IMG/VR virus record: IMGVR_UViG_3300008262_000022
Source: a virus
Lineage: Duplodnaviria > Heunggongvirae > Uroviricota > Caudoviricetes
Direction: 5' to 3' (one strand)
DNA: 64,000 nt
Below, in pieces: positions 29,569-39,273 of the stretch; the stretch's first letter is position 1; the number at the start of each line of letters is the position of its first letter. The notes beneath the pieces were generated by a model that saw only the letters and a list, made by a program, of their open reading frames with translations, did no database searches and was not told the DNA's origin. A program made the position numbers and the translations under genes.

Positions 29569-30081
29569 ATGATTTCAATTTATATATTATTAGAAAATGA
29601 AACACCTGTTTATTTAGGTAAAACCAATGAACCAAACAGACGATTAAGAGAGCATCGAATGAATTTTAGTAAAGATATTTGTCTTGAAGTTATAGATGAA
29701 GTAGAAGAAAATGAATGGATGTTTTGGGAACAATGGTGGATTGGATTATTTCATAATTGGGGAATAAAATTATTAAATGGAAATAAAGGTGGAGGGGGTC
29801 CTGAGTATCAAAAAGAGTCATCTAAAAAACTAATAGGGGATAAACAGAGAGGAATCAAAAAACCAACAGTTAGTAATAAACTTAAAGGGCAAAAAATAAC
29901 TTGGGATTTAGGAACTAGTACCGCTGTTTTACAATTTGATAAACAAGGAAATTTTATAGCAGAATACAAATCAATGGGTGAAGCATATTCTAAAACAGGA
30001 GTCCCAAGCTCAGCTATATGTGAGGTGTGTAAAGGAAGAAGAAAATCAGCTCATAAATTTATTTGGAAATACAAAGAATAA
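29569..30081 (+). CDS. GIY-YIG homing endonuclease-like
   Basis: SIYILLE..VYLGKT..RRLREH N-terminal GIY-YIG pattern. Confidence 0.5.
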   Translation: MISIYILLENETPVYLGKTNEPNRRLREHRMNFSKDICLEVIDEVEENEWMFWEQWWIGLFHNWGIKLLNGNKGGGGPEYQKESSKKLIGDKQRGIKKPTVSNKLKGQKITWDLGTSTAVLQFDKQGNFIAEYKSMGEAYSKTGVPSSAICEVCKGRRKSAHKFIWKYKE

Positions 30082-30124
30082 TTATTATATTAACAACAAT
30101 TAAAGCACCTTTATCTAATTAGTT

Positions 30125-30370
30125 ATGTTAAAAATAGAACAAAAAGATAACATCTACGAAGTTAAAGTAGAATCGAATAATAAAATAATAGGTCATTTTA
30201 TATTAGGTGTTGATGGGTATTATTATTTTGCTCCTAACGGACTTAATGAAGGTGGCATCTGGTCAGACTATATTTTACTTGAGATTGGTACTAAACTTAA
30301 AGCAATCAATAAACCTTGGAATGATAAGATAAACGAGTACTTCCAAGATCATATTGACCACACACTCTAA
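30125..30370 (+). CDS. hypothetical protein
   Basis: ORF track. Confidence 0.45.
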   Translation: MLKIEQKDNIYEVKVESNNKIIGHFILGVDGYYYFAPNGLNEGGIWSDYILLEIGTKLKAINKPWNDKINEYFQDHIDHTL

Positions 30371-30376
30371 ATTAAT

Positions 30377-30403
30377 AAGCTTTGCTCGGCAAAGCTTTTT
30401 TTA
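30377..30403 (+). terminator. rho-independent terminator
   Basis: AAGCTTTGC-TCG-GCAAAGCTT then TTTTTT. Confidence 0.6.
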
Positions 30404-30415
30404 TATTATTACATC

Positions 30416-30982
30416 ATGAGTTGGTTTTATGAAAATATAGGTTATAGATTTAAATACGTTTATAACAGCATTAAAAATATTATACGTTGGTTTCCGATAA
30501 TATGGAAGGATAGAGATTACGATGATTGGTACATATACACCATTTTAGAAACCAAACTCAAACATCAAGCCAAATATATTGGTGATAGAGATAGACACAC
30601 TCGAGCTAAGCGAGATGCTGAAATAATGATGACTTGTGTTAGGTTAATTCAAAAAATAAAAGAAGAGGAATATGATAGTGAATGGATGGATTATCACAAT
30701 TCAGAATATAATTGGCTAGATATACCAGAAAGACCCGACCGTAAACTTTTGGATATACAATTAGTAGATGAACGATTTGATGAATATTTTTTAACATATC
30801 CTTCCGATTATAGACGCGTTATAAACAACTCAAACAACCAAATATTCAAGTTTGGCGACGATTTAAATGACCGTGAAAATAAACAACGTATTGCGATGAA
30901 TATGGGTATAGTAAGACAAGAACGTGCTCGCAAGTTGTTATTTAAGTTATTAGAACGTAATATTAACTGTTGGTGGGAATAG
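30416..30982 (+). CDS. hypothetical protein
   Basis: ORF track. Confidence 0.45.
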   Translation: MSWFYENIGYRFKYVYNSIKNIIRWFPIIWKDRDYDDWYIYTILETKLKHQAKYIGDRDRHTRAKRDAEIMMTCVRLIQKIKEEEYDSEWMDYHNSEYNWLDIPERPDRKLLDIQLVDERFDEYFLTYPSDYRRVINNSNNQIFKFGDDLNDRENKQRIAMNMGIVRQERARKLLFKLLERNINCWWE

Positions 30983-31027
30983 TTTGGAGGGCAAGACAAA
31001 AATTATATCTTTAAATAAATAAAAAAT
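30983..31027 (+). promoter_or_regulatory. candidate promoter
   Basis: TTGGAGGGCAAGACAAAAATTATATCTTTAAAT; near-identical to 45306. Confidence 0.4.
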
Positions 31028-31189
31028 ATGAGTATAGCATTTATTATCGGTTGGGTATTTATGATAATTTCATGGCTCCCAAAACCGTTCATTAAGGATG
31101 AACGTAAACGTTTAGCAACAAACTTAGCAATTGCTGGAGTTGCTTTAGGTATTTTTATTGCGGACTTTATATATAGATTTATAAAATAA
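31028..31189 (+). CDS. small membrane protein
   Basis: 53 aa, two hydrophobic segments. Confidence 0.3.
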   Translation: MSIAFIIGWVFMIISWLPKPFIKDERKRLATNLAIAGVALGIFIADFIYRFIK

Positions 31190-31191
31190 AC

Positions 31192-31422
31192 ATGAGAATA
31201 ATAGCAATATTAATACTATTAGCCGTTGTAGTATTAGTTGTAGTAGGTTACGACTTACTAATGAAAGCGGCAATCAAAAAACAAAAAAATAGTATCAAAC
31301 AACTTAAGGATACTATTGATCGTTACCAAGAAGAAATAGAGGAAGTATCTAAATTAAAAGCAAAAATCAATGAAACAGAGCCAACAAATTCTAAACAAAC
31401 TAAAAAATCAAAATCAAAATAA
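31192..31422 (+). CDS. membrane/coiled-coil protein
   Basis: ORF track; N-terminal TM. Confidence 0.4.
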   Translation: MRIIAILILLAVVVLVVVGYDLLMKAAIKKQKNSIKQLKDTIDRYQEEIEEVSKLKAKINETEPTNSKQTKKSKSK

Positions 31423-31423
31423 A

Positions 31424-32647
31424 ATGGAAAACAAAAGCACAATTATTAAGGTGGTACTAGGTATCATAGCCTTTATTGTATTATTATTCTTCAATCCGTT
31501 ATCATATAATGATGCAGGTGAAAGAACAGTAGTAGAACAGTATGATGGTAAACAATTTGTACAATATTCTCCCGGTATTTATTGGGCAGGTTTATTTGCA
31601 AAAGAAAGAAGTTGGCCAAATCAGATTTCAGTATCATATCAGGCAGATGCAGCTGATATGGATCTGAAAGATGGAACAATTGAAATAGGTAAACAAACAA
31701 TTCGATTTGGTGGTGATGCTACCTCAGCTAATGTAAGTGGTATTGTACAGTATATTTTACCAATGGATGAAAAGGAAATGATTGAAATGCATAATACTCA
31801 TCGCACACCACAATCACTAGTACAAAAACGTTTAGCACCTTATACTAAAGAATGTTTACAATCATCAGCCCAATTAATGTCAAGTGAAGCACATTACTCA
31901 GGTGGTAGAGCTCAAATGGCTCAAGACTTCCAGGATCAATTAAAGAATGGTGTGTTTATTTTGAAAACTGTTGATAAGGTAGTATATGATTCATTAGAGA
32001 AAGAAAACAAACGTATATATGAAACTAATCCTCTAATTGATAAAAATGGTAATCCTAAACGTAAAGTATCATCAATTAAAGAATATGGTATAACAGTTGC
32101 AGATGCTGCTATCACAGATGTGGATTATGAAGAACGAGTTGATGCTATGTTAGCTAAAAAGATTGATGCTTCAACTAAAGCGTCAGTTGCTAAACAAGAA
32201 TTGTTAACTGCACAACAACAACAATTAACAGCAAAAGCTAAAGGTGAACAAAAGTTAGTTGAGATCGAATATCAACAAAAACAAGAACAAACTAAACAAG
32301 TAGTTGCCGCTCAAACACAAGTAGAGTTAGCACGTCAGGATTTAGCTAAACAAGAAATTGCACGTCAAGCTGCTGAGAAAGAAGCTGCTAAGATTAAGGT
32401 GTTAGCGGATGCTGAAGCATATGCTAAACAAAGAGTAATGGCAGCCGATGGCGCCTTAGATAAGAAGTTAAAAGCATATGTTGAGATTGAAAAGGCTAAG
32501 TGGGAAGCATTTAGTAAGTATCAAGGTAACATGGTTCCAATGTATCAAGGTGGTGCTGGAGGTAATGGTAATAATGCAATTGGTTTCATGGAATTATGGA
32601 ATGCCAAAGTAATGAGAGATTTATCATTAGACATGAAGAATAAGTAA
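31424..32647 (+). CDS. SPFH/band-7 (HflK/C-like) membrane protein
   Basis: N-terminal TM, long coiled coil, AEAYAK region typical of stomatin/HflK; ATG at 31424 follows the previous stop. Confidence 0.5.
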   Translation: MENKSTIIKVVLGIIAFIVLLFFNPLSYNDAGERTVVEQYDGKQFVQYSPGIYWAGLFAKERSWPNQISVSYQADAADMDLKDGTIEIGKQTIRFGGDATSANVSGIVQYILPMDEKEMIEMHNTHRTPQSLVQKRLAPYTKECLQSSAQLMSSEAHYSGGRAQMAQDFQDQLKNGVFILKTVDKVVYDSLEKENKRIYETNPLIDKNGNPKRKVSSIKEYGITVADAAITDVDYEERVDAMLAKKIDASTKASVAKQELLTAQQQQLTAKAKGEQKLVEIEYQQKQEQTKQVVAAQTQVELARQDLAKQEIARQAAEKEAAKIKVLADAEAYAKQRVMAADGALDKKLKAYVEIEKAKWEAFSKYQGNMVPMYQGGAGGNGNNAIGFMELWNAKVMRDLSLDMKNK

Positions 32648-32709
32648 TAATCAATAAGGGTATAGGTTAATAGCCTATACCCATTTAAGAAATTTAACGA
32701 GGAGTAGTT

Positions 32710-33105
32710 ATGAAAGAACAATATTTACCAGGTGGCTCAGTAATGGCATATAATGCCGATTGTACAACTACCTATACAAGTAATCCATTTATACATACTG
32801 GAAATGCTGTTGGAATGTCAGGAACAAGTGCAGGAACGCATATTACAAATACAATAATATCAGATACATTATCATTAACAAACAATATAAACAATATGAA
32901 TAGAGTACAAAATCATTTCGTTGCGATTTTCAAAATCGAGCGCAACGACAAAAACGAAATCACATCAGCTAAATTTATTAAAGAGATGTGGATTGAAACA
33001 AAGAACGGTTCATCAGTAGACTTTGAAGTAGCTAAAGATTCAGAAATTAGCAGATATAAAGCAGATGAAATTTCAATTAGAACAATTTATACAGTAATAT
33101 TTTAA
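32710..33105 (+). CDS. hypothetical protein
   Basis: ORF track. Confidence 0.4.
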   Translation: MKEQYLPGGSVMAYNADCTTTYTSNPFIHTGNAVGMSGTSAGTHITNTIISDTLSLTNNINNMNRVQNHFVAIFKIERNDKNEITSAKFIKEMWIETKNGSSVDFEVAKDSEISRYKADEISIRTIYTVIF

Positions 33106-33232
33106 TTATGAAAACACTATTTGACATTTACAGAAAACAAGCGGCTAAAGCTTTTAATATGCCTACAGTTAGATTATGTTCTGATGGTGATGTATTAACT
33201 TATTTAAAATCAATTAAGTTGTAAAACAGTTT

Positions 33233-33405
33233 AGTCAGGTGGCGGAAAGATATTAGTAGTGGCGAGCGAACATATCGTGGTAGACGCATGTTTGTAGGTT
33301 ACGTGTCATGAGTTGAAAGCAACCTTAAGGTGGAGTTAATAACCACATACCTGAATTGACAGGAAATTAAATAATGACATACAGGTTCGAATCCTGTCCT
33401 GACTA
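33233..33405 (+). tRNA. tRNA-like element A (shared acceptor/T arm; D-loop and core carry insertions; non-canonical)
   Basis: 5' AGTCAGGTGGCGG.. and 3' ..ACAGGTTCGAATCCTGTCCTGACTA give a 7-bp acceptor and T arm; 173 nt, no canonical anticodon arm. Confidence 0.4.
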
Positions 33406-33644
33406 CGAGTCGACGATGTAAACTACGTATAGTATCTATACGTGCTATGAACAAACATAGAAACTCATAAAGAGTATAAGTGGCAAATGAGTTACAGTTC
33501 GGATTCGAACCTTAAAAAAGCTATAGCTTCAATGTTATGTAGATTCAGAATAGTTAATCTATTTAGGTACCTGAACCATACAAAGAGGTGTTAGTGTGTG
33601 ATGATAGTTTTTAGCTGCGGCGGAAATTTTTTGATTCACAATAC

Positions 33645-33744
33645 AGTCAGGTGGCGGAATGGTAGACGCTAGCTTAGATGGAAAGAAAGGTGAAAATGTA
33701 ATCTTAAAGCAACCATCATACAGGTTCGAATCCTGTCCTGACTA
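33645..33744 (+). tRNA. tRNA-like element B
   Basis: AGTCAGG-TG-GCG-GAATGGTAGA-CGC .. ACAGG-TTCGAAT-CCTGT-CCTGACT-A; D arm resembles type-II tRNA-Leu; internal 50 nt forms a GATGG/CCATC long hairpin rather than a 5-7-5 anticodon arm. Confidence 0.45.
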
Positions 33745-33759
33745 CAAATTTAAATAAGT

Positions 33760-34011
33760 ATGATTATAGCAATAACAATTTTATCAACATTATTAATAGT
33801 AGCATTAGGTTTTATAGCATATTGTTTCATACACATAAACAAAATACAAAAAGAACTAAATTCAATAAGTGAAGAACAATCACGTCAAAATGAGGATATT
33901 CGAAACTTAATGATAGCTCATATGACATTAGTTCAAGCACTAAAAGAAGCAGCTGAAGTAGAACAAATTAATAAATTATATAATTACAATAACGTAAAAG
34001 GAGAAGCATAA
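33760..34011 (+). CDS. membrane protein
   Basis: ORF track. Confidence 0.4.
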   Translation: MIIAITILSTLLIVALGFIAYCFIHINKIQKELNSISEEQSRQNEDIRNLMIAHMTLVQALKEAAEVEQINKLYNYNNVKGEA

Positions 34012-34012
34012 T

Positions 34013-34315
34013 ATGGCAAGAATAGATGTAGAAATTGATGTAGACGATATGTTATGGGATATGGATCGTCACGAAAAACAAGAGATGGCTGATAAGTTAT
34101 ATGAGCAAGGATATGTACCAGCTGATTTGCAAGACGAATTAGATGATGTAGTTGACCGTCAACCAAGTGGATATAACGAAATGGAGTTACATCAGCTATT
34201 AAACAAAGTTTGGGATAACAGAATGTTCCTTAACTCAAATGATTTAGAAGTTTTAAATATCTATCTGAAAAAGGATTATATTAGGCAAGATCCTTTTATT
34301 ACATTTATAAAATAA
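34013..34315 (+). CDS. acidic hypothetical protein
   Basis: ORF track. Confidence 0.45.
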   Translation: MARIDVEIDVDDMLWDMDRHEKQEMADKLYEQGYVPADLQDELDDVVDRQPSGYNEMELHQLLNKVWDNRMFLNSNDLEVLNIYLKKDYIRQDPFITFIK

Positions 34316-34320
34316 AAGTT

Positions 34321-35022
34321 ATGGCAGTACAAATTTATCAAAACGAAGAATTAAACGATGTAATGTTTCAAATTGAAGCATTAGATGAATGGAAACAACT
34401 AGCAGATGAGTTAGGAATGGAATCTCAACTTGAATTTGTTAGAAAAGCAGAATCACCTATTCCGTATCCACATATAAATAAGTCTATGGAGCTTATTTTT
34501 AGAACCTTATGTCCTACAACTACTGATTTTAAAACATATAGTAAAACAACAATACCTTTGGAGGTAATGAAGCAAATAGGATATTCTGTTAGGGAAAAAC
34601 ATTTTACCAAGATAGAAATATGGTATGATGATAAATCACCTGACCCGTTTGCGATAGGATATGTCCAAAAATGGACACCATATAATAAATCATATAATCG
34701 CCTTAAAGATTCTAATAATAAAGACATGTTATTTGATTCAAGCGAACAAGCTAAGAATTATGCTGAAACTGTAGGTTTTGATTGTTATGGTACTACTGAG
34801 TCGGTTTGTGATAGATATTTAATTGCTCGTTGGGCAGATGAAATAAGACCTATTCCTGAATTAAAAGAAATGGCTAAAGAACGTTTATTAGAAAAATATG
34901 GTGCTGAGTTAAGAATTGAAATTGAAGAAAAAACACAAGCTCTTAAAAAATTAACAGACAATGTTATATTATATCTAAATGCTGAAATATCAGAAGGTCA
35001 GTTAAAAGGTAGTAGATGGTAA
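34321..35022 (+). CDS. hypothetical protein
   Basis: ORF track. Confidence 0.45.
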   Translation: MAVQIYQNEELNDVMFQIEALDEWKQLADELGMESQLEFVRKAESPIPYPHINKSMELIFRTLCPTTTDFKTYSKTTIPLEVMKQIGYSVREKHFTKIEIWYDDKSPDPFAIGYVQKWTPYNKSYNRLKDSNNKDMLFDSSEQAKNYAETVGFDCYGTTESVCDRYLIARWADEIRPIPELKEMAKERLLEKYGAELRIEIEEKTQALKKLTDNVILYLNAEISEGQLKGSRW

Positions 35023-35222
35023 AAAAACGTAAAAAGTGGATTCCACCTAAAGAATTTGTAGTAATAAGTGACTATGGTTATTTTGCTGGGTTACATAAAG
35101 GAGGTAAATTTAGGTGGTCATTTAATTTAGACGATGCTAAACCACTTACAAATGTAGAGCAATATGAAACCATCAAAAGAGGTTGTTTTGGCACAGAAGT
35201 TATCTTAGATTTCATTAATTGA
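35016..35222 (+). CDS. hypothetical protein
   Basis: ORF track. Confidence 0.4.
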   Translation: MVKKRKKWIPPKEFVVISDYGYFAGLHKGGKFRWSFNLDDAKPLTNVEQYETIKRGCFGTEVILDFIN

Positions 35223-35235
35223 TAAAATAAAGGTT

Positions 35236-36321
35236 ATGCAGTTAAATACATTATATAAAAGAGCAGTAAACGGTAAAATTAATGAGTGGACCGTTGAAGT
35301 AAATGGTGCTTGTTTTAGAACAATATCAGGTTATACTGATGGTATTAAAACAACAAGCGAATGGACATGTTGTGAACCTAAAAATCAAGGTAAGAAAAAC
35401 GCTACAACAGCCGAAGAACAAGCATTAGCAGAGGCTACAGCTATGCATCGCAAACGTATTGAGTTAGGATCATTTGAAAACATTAATGATATAGACACAC
35501 CAGTTTATTTCAAACCAATGTTAGCTCATGACTATAATGATTACAAAGATAAAATCAAATTACCTGTAGCAATACAACCTAAATTAGATGGTGTACGTTG
35601 TATTGTTAGAGCAGACGGAATGTGGTCACGTAATGGTAAACCCATCATTTCAGCACCTCACATATTCGAAGCATTAACTCCATTATTTGAAACTAATCCT
35701 GATTTGATATTGGATGGTGAGTTATATTGTGATAAAACAACAGCTGGATTTAATACAATTATATCTTGTGTTCGTAAAACAAAACCAACTGAAGCTGATT
35801 TATCATTAAGTAAACAATTCATTCAATACCATATCTACGATGTTCCTAGTGTTGAGGATAATTTCATGGAACGAATAGCTAGTATTAATGGATTAGCATT
35901 ACCTGAATGCTGTAAAGTAGTACATACACATTGGGTTAGAGAACAATCACATGTCGATTATTTATATGGTTTATTTACAGAACAAGGCTATGAGGGACAA
36001 ATGATTAGATTAAATGCTCCATACGAAAATAAGCGCTCTAAATCGCTTTTAAAACGTAAAGAATTCGTTGATGCTGAGTTTACTATATTGGGTGTTGAGG
36101 AAGGTATTGGTAATTTATCAGGTAAAGTTGGTCGTCTTAATTTTGAAATAAACGGTAAACCATTTAATGCTGCTGTAAACGGAGATTGGGAATATATTGA
36201 ACGTCTATGGAAGAGTAGAGAAGGATTAGTAGGTAAAACAGCTACAGTCAAGTACTTCGAATTAACAGAGGATCAAATTCCCCGCTTTCCTAAAGTAATA
36301 GCAATTCGTGATTTTGAATAA
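35236..36321 (+). CDS. ATP-dependent DNA ligase
   Basis: motif I QPKLDGVRC (KxDG) and OB-domain-like C-terminus. Confidence 0.75.
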   Translation: MQLNTLYKRAVNGKINEWTVEVNGACFRTISGYTDGIKTTSEWTCCEPKNQGKKNATTAEEQALAEATAMHRKRIELGSFENINDIDTPVYFKPMLAHDYNDYKDKIKLPVAIQPKLDGVRCIVRADGMWSRNGKPIISAPHIFEALTPLFETNPDLILDGELYCDKTTAGFNTIISCVRKTKPTEADLSLSKQFIQYHIYDVPSVEDNFMERIASINGLALPECCKVVHTHWVREQSHVDYLYGLFTEQGYEGQMIRLNAPYENKRSKSLLKRKEFVDAEFTILGVEEGIGNLSGKVGRLNFEINGKPFNAAVNGDWEYIERLWKSREGLVGKTATVKYFELTEDQIPRFPKVIAIRDFE

Positions 36322-36322
36322 C

Positions 36323-36359
36323 AAGATTAGGATCGTCAAGATCCTTTTCTTATCTTTAC
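36323..36359 (+). repeat. 37-bp perfect direct repeat copy 1 (hairpin AGGATCGTCAAGATCCTTTTC plus TATCTTTAC -7-like box)
   Basis: identical to 46558-46594. Confidence 0.9.
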
Positions 36360-36365
36360 TATGTT

Positions 36366-37178
36366 ATGAAAATAAAGTTAGATAAACATAAAATATTCTT
36401 TACATCAGATACTCACTATGGACATACAAATATTTGTCGTGGTATAAGTAATTGGAGAGATGAAAGTGGTAATGTACCTGTAAATCAAACTCGTGATTTT
36501 GATACACTAGAACAGATGAATGATAAGATTGTTGAGTCGATCAACAGTGTTGTAGGTGAGGATGATATCTTATTTCACTTAGGTGATTGGTCATTTGGTG
36601 GGATGGATAATATAGTCAAATTTAGGCGTAAGATTAAATGTAAAAACATCCACTTAATATTGGGTAATCACGACCATCATATTGAACGTAATAAACAACT
36701 AACCAATTACTATAAAAACCCAGATACATTAGAAATAATGGAAGGTAATATAGATGATAATTTTTATGATGAATATAAATTTGGAGAATATTGGGATAAT
36801 AGGGTATATATTCAAGACCTATTCAGTTCGGTAAATCAATACCTAAGATTATCAGTATCGTTTTACCCAGGTACTACCTTATATCAAGGCGAACATGAGT
36901 TTGTACTAATGCATTACCCAATTGCAAGTTGGCATAATATGAATGATGGTGTTATACATTTGCATGGACACGTTCACTTACCTCCAGATAAAAAACTATC
37001 ACAAGGTAAAGCAATGGATGTGGGTGTAGATGGAAACAACTTAATGCCTTATACACTTGGCCAAATTGTAAACATAATGCATAAACAACCTATCGCTAAA
37101 TTATCTTTACCTCAAGACCACCACGAGGAAAAGTTAAGTGGTAATGGTGGTAATAAAAAGGGTGGTTCAAAATTTTAA
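36366..37178 (+). CDS. metallophosphoesterase (calcineurin-like)
   Basis: SDTHYGH, GDWSFGG, GNHDHH, GH.H motifs. Confidence 0.7.
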   Translation: MKIKLDKHKIFFTSDTHYGHTNICRGISNWRDESGNVPVNQTRDFDTLEQMNDKIVESINSVVGEDDILFHLGDWSFGGMDNIVKFRRKIKCKNIHLILGNHDHHIERNKQLTNYYKNPDTLEIMEGNIDDNFYDEYKFGEYWDNRVYIQDLFSSVNQYLRLSVSFYPGTTLYQGEHEFVLMHYPIASWHNMNDGVIHLHGHVHLPPDKKLSQGKAMDVGVDGNNLMPYTLGQIVNIMHKQPIAKLSLPQDHHEEKLSGNGGNKKGGSKF

Positions 37179-37180
37179 TT

Positions 37181-37552
37181 ATGAAACACGCTCGTATAAT
37201 AAATCTACCTAAAAACCCAAAACACATCTTCGAAGAAGCTATAATGTTAGGCTCAGAGAATTGGGTTGATGAAAAGGGTACTGAAGATCATCCTAGTGTT
37301 TGGCAGCGTGAACCTAGTAAGTTAAGCTTTGAGGAGGCGTTTAATTTAATTCAACCTTTTAAACCACATTGGGTATGTATTTTTAGAAATGAAAGTTATT
37401 TAACAGGTAGAGAGGAAGATGATTATTGGGATTTTGGTGGATGTAATATAGCATCAAACGATTATGGAGAAGTTTTTATTTGGATAAAAGTTAAACCTAA
37501 TATAGCTAGACAACTTTTTGAAAAATATAATTTAACAGTAGAAGAATATTAG
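37181..37552 (+). CDS. hypothetical protein
   Basis: ORF track. Confidence 0.45.
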   Translation: MKHARIINLPKNPKHIFEEAIMLGSENWVDEKGTEDHPSVWQREPSKLSFEEAFNLIQPFKPHWVCIFRNESYLTGREEDDYWDFGGCNIASNDYGEVFIWIKVKPNIARQLFEKYNLTVEEY

Positions 37553-37553
37553 T

Positions 37554-37805
37554 ATGGCTAAGTTCACAGACGAAAACGGCAGATTCAAGTCCAACTACGA
37601 GCCCGGACAGGTCGGATACCTGGTTGAGATCATGGAGTGGGTTTACCTGCACAATAACATGACCTATGACGAGAAGTTGGATTACCTGCTAAAGCTTGAA
37701 GAGGCACATGAGAACCATTTAAAAGAAGTATTTCCAGCTGGAAATTATCGTTGGGATAATAGGTGGAGTGATAAATTAATTAAATCAAAAGATAAAGATG
37801 AATAA
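37554..37805 (+). CDS. hypothetical protein (5' two-thirds much GC-richer than the genome)
   Basis: ORF track; compositional outlier. Confidence 0.45.
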   Translation: MAKFTDENGRFKSNYEPGQVGYLVEIMEWVYLHNNMTYDEKLDYLLKLEEAHENHLKEVFPAGNYRWDNRWSDKLIKSKDKDE

Positions 37806-38193
37806 AGAATTTATATCATACGAACAAGCATTAGCTTTAAAAGAATTAGGATTTGATGAACCTTGTTTGGCGCATTGGTATAATGAAACACCAACAAACC
37901 CAGAAGGTCAGTGTCTTGTTTATTATAAAAAGCCTTGGGATAATCAAAAGATTATAAACGGAGTTATCAGAGATTATTATTTTGCACCAACCTACTCCCA
38001 AGCATTTAGATGGTTTAGAGAGAAACATAATATGTTTGTTGAAATAACATATGAAAACAATTTACATGATTATATGATAATATCTGATATTTTTACTGAA
38101 GAGGTGGATTTTGGTGATGGTCCATTTGAAACATATGAAGAAATGGAGCTATGGTGTCTTAAAAAATTAATTGAAATAGTAAAAAATAAATAA
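37798..38193 (+). CDS. hypothetical protein (paralog of 39274)
   Basis: YEQALALKELGFDEPCLAHWY vs FEQAKWLKEKGFDEICLGHY. Confidence 0.45.
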   Translation: MNKEFISYEQALALKELGFDEPCLAHWYNETPTNPEGQCLVYYKKPWDNQKIINGVIRDYYFAPTYSQAFRWFREKHNMFVEITYENNLHDYMIISDIFTEEVDFGDGPFETYEEMELWCLKKLIEIVKNK

Positions 38194-38265
38194 TATGAAA
38201 AAATATAGATTTACAATATTAAAACATAATTTAGTTAAAGCTCACACTCAACTAGAATTAATAAA

Positions 38266-38559
38266 ATGAAAACAATAACATTTCAAATTTCAGACGAAGC
38301 ATTTGAACTATTACAAAAAATAGGTAATGGTGCTGCTGAATATCGTGATACCGAATATGACACATTAGAAGATTTTAAAAATTCTGATGAATATAAAACA
38401 GGGTTAAGAACTGAAGAATGGTTTTTAAATAGAAATTTTAATGGAACTTATCATTTGATTCATGAGTTATCAAGATATGGGTTAGTAGATTCAGATGGAA
38501 TGAGTTGGCATCTTACTTATATATTAACGGATTTAGGAAAACAAATATTAAAACAATGA
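38266..38559 (+). CDS. hypothetical protein
   Basis: ORF track. Confidence 0.45.
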   Translation: MKTITFQISDEAFELLQKIGNGAAEYRDTEYDTLEDFKNSDEYKTGLRTEEWFLNRNFNGTYHLIHELSRYGLVDSDGMSWHLTYILTDLGKQILKQ

Positions 38560-38834
38560 AAGAATTAATATTATATATATCTTTATTACTACTAATTGTA
38601 AGTTGTAATAATGATCCTGTTAGTTATTCATGTACTCAAGGTACAATTAGAATATTAAATAAGGAAAAACACCCATGTGCAAGAGGTGGAGGTGATTGTT
38701 CGTTTAAGTTTTATTTATACGATGGTCAAAGGGCTTATTGGTGTGGTACAGATAGAGACACTTGGAATAAATACAATATTCAAGATACTTTACCCACATT
38801 AATAATAACTAAAACAATAATTGAGGAAAAATAA
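38556..38834 (+). CDS. putative lipoprotein
   Basis: ATGA overlap; MKELILYISLLLLIVSC lipobox. Confidence 0.4.
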   Translation: MKELILYISLLLLIVSCNNDPVSYSCTQGTIRILNKEKHPCARGGGDCSFKFYLYDGQRAYWCGTDRDTWNKYNIQDTLPTLIITKTIIEEK

Positions 38835-38836
38835 AT

Positions 38837-39217
38837 ATGAAAGAACTCATAATTCTTCGTGGCCTCCCAGGCAGCGGAAAGTCAACATTCGCAAAACTAA
38901 TCTGTAACCAACATGTTGAAGCAGATATGTACTTCATGCAAGATGGAGAATATAAATTTGATGCTACTAAATTAAAACAAGCTCATGAATGGTGTAGAAA
39001 CAAAACTGAGGCTTGGATGCAAAAACGATATAATGTAGTTGTATCAAACACCTTCACTATGGAGTGGGAAATGGATGCTTACTATGAGTTAGCCAAACAA
39101 TACGGTTATCGAGTACACTCCATTATAGTTGAGAATAGACATGGTGGAGTGAATGAACATGGTGTACCTAAAGATAAGTTAGAACAAATGAAAAATAGAT
39201 TTGAAATCAAACTTTAA
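38837..39217 (+). CDS. P-loop kinase (AAA_33/polynucleotide-kinase-like)
   Basis: ILRGLPGSGKSTFAKL Walker A in a 126-aa protein. Confidence 0.55.
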   Translation: MKELIILRGLPGSGKSTFAKLICNQHVEADMYFMQDGEYKFDATKLKQAHEWCRNKTEAWMQKRYNVVVSNTFTMEWEMDAYYELAKQYGYRVHSIIVENRHGGVNEHGVPKDKLEQMKNRFEIKL

Positions 39218-39220
39218 TGT

Positions 39221-39273
39221 TTGGCTTGTCAAAGTAAAGATATTATATTTACAATGTAATAATAATAAAGGTT
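39221..39273 (+). promoter_or_regulatory. candidate promoter
   Basis: TTGGCTTGTCAAAGTAAAGATATTATATTTACA..AAAGGTTATG; a 20-nt core recurs at 47158. Confidence 0.45.
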
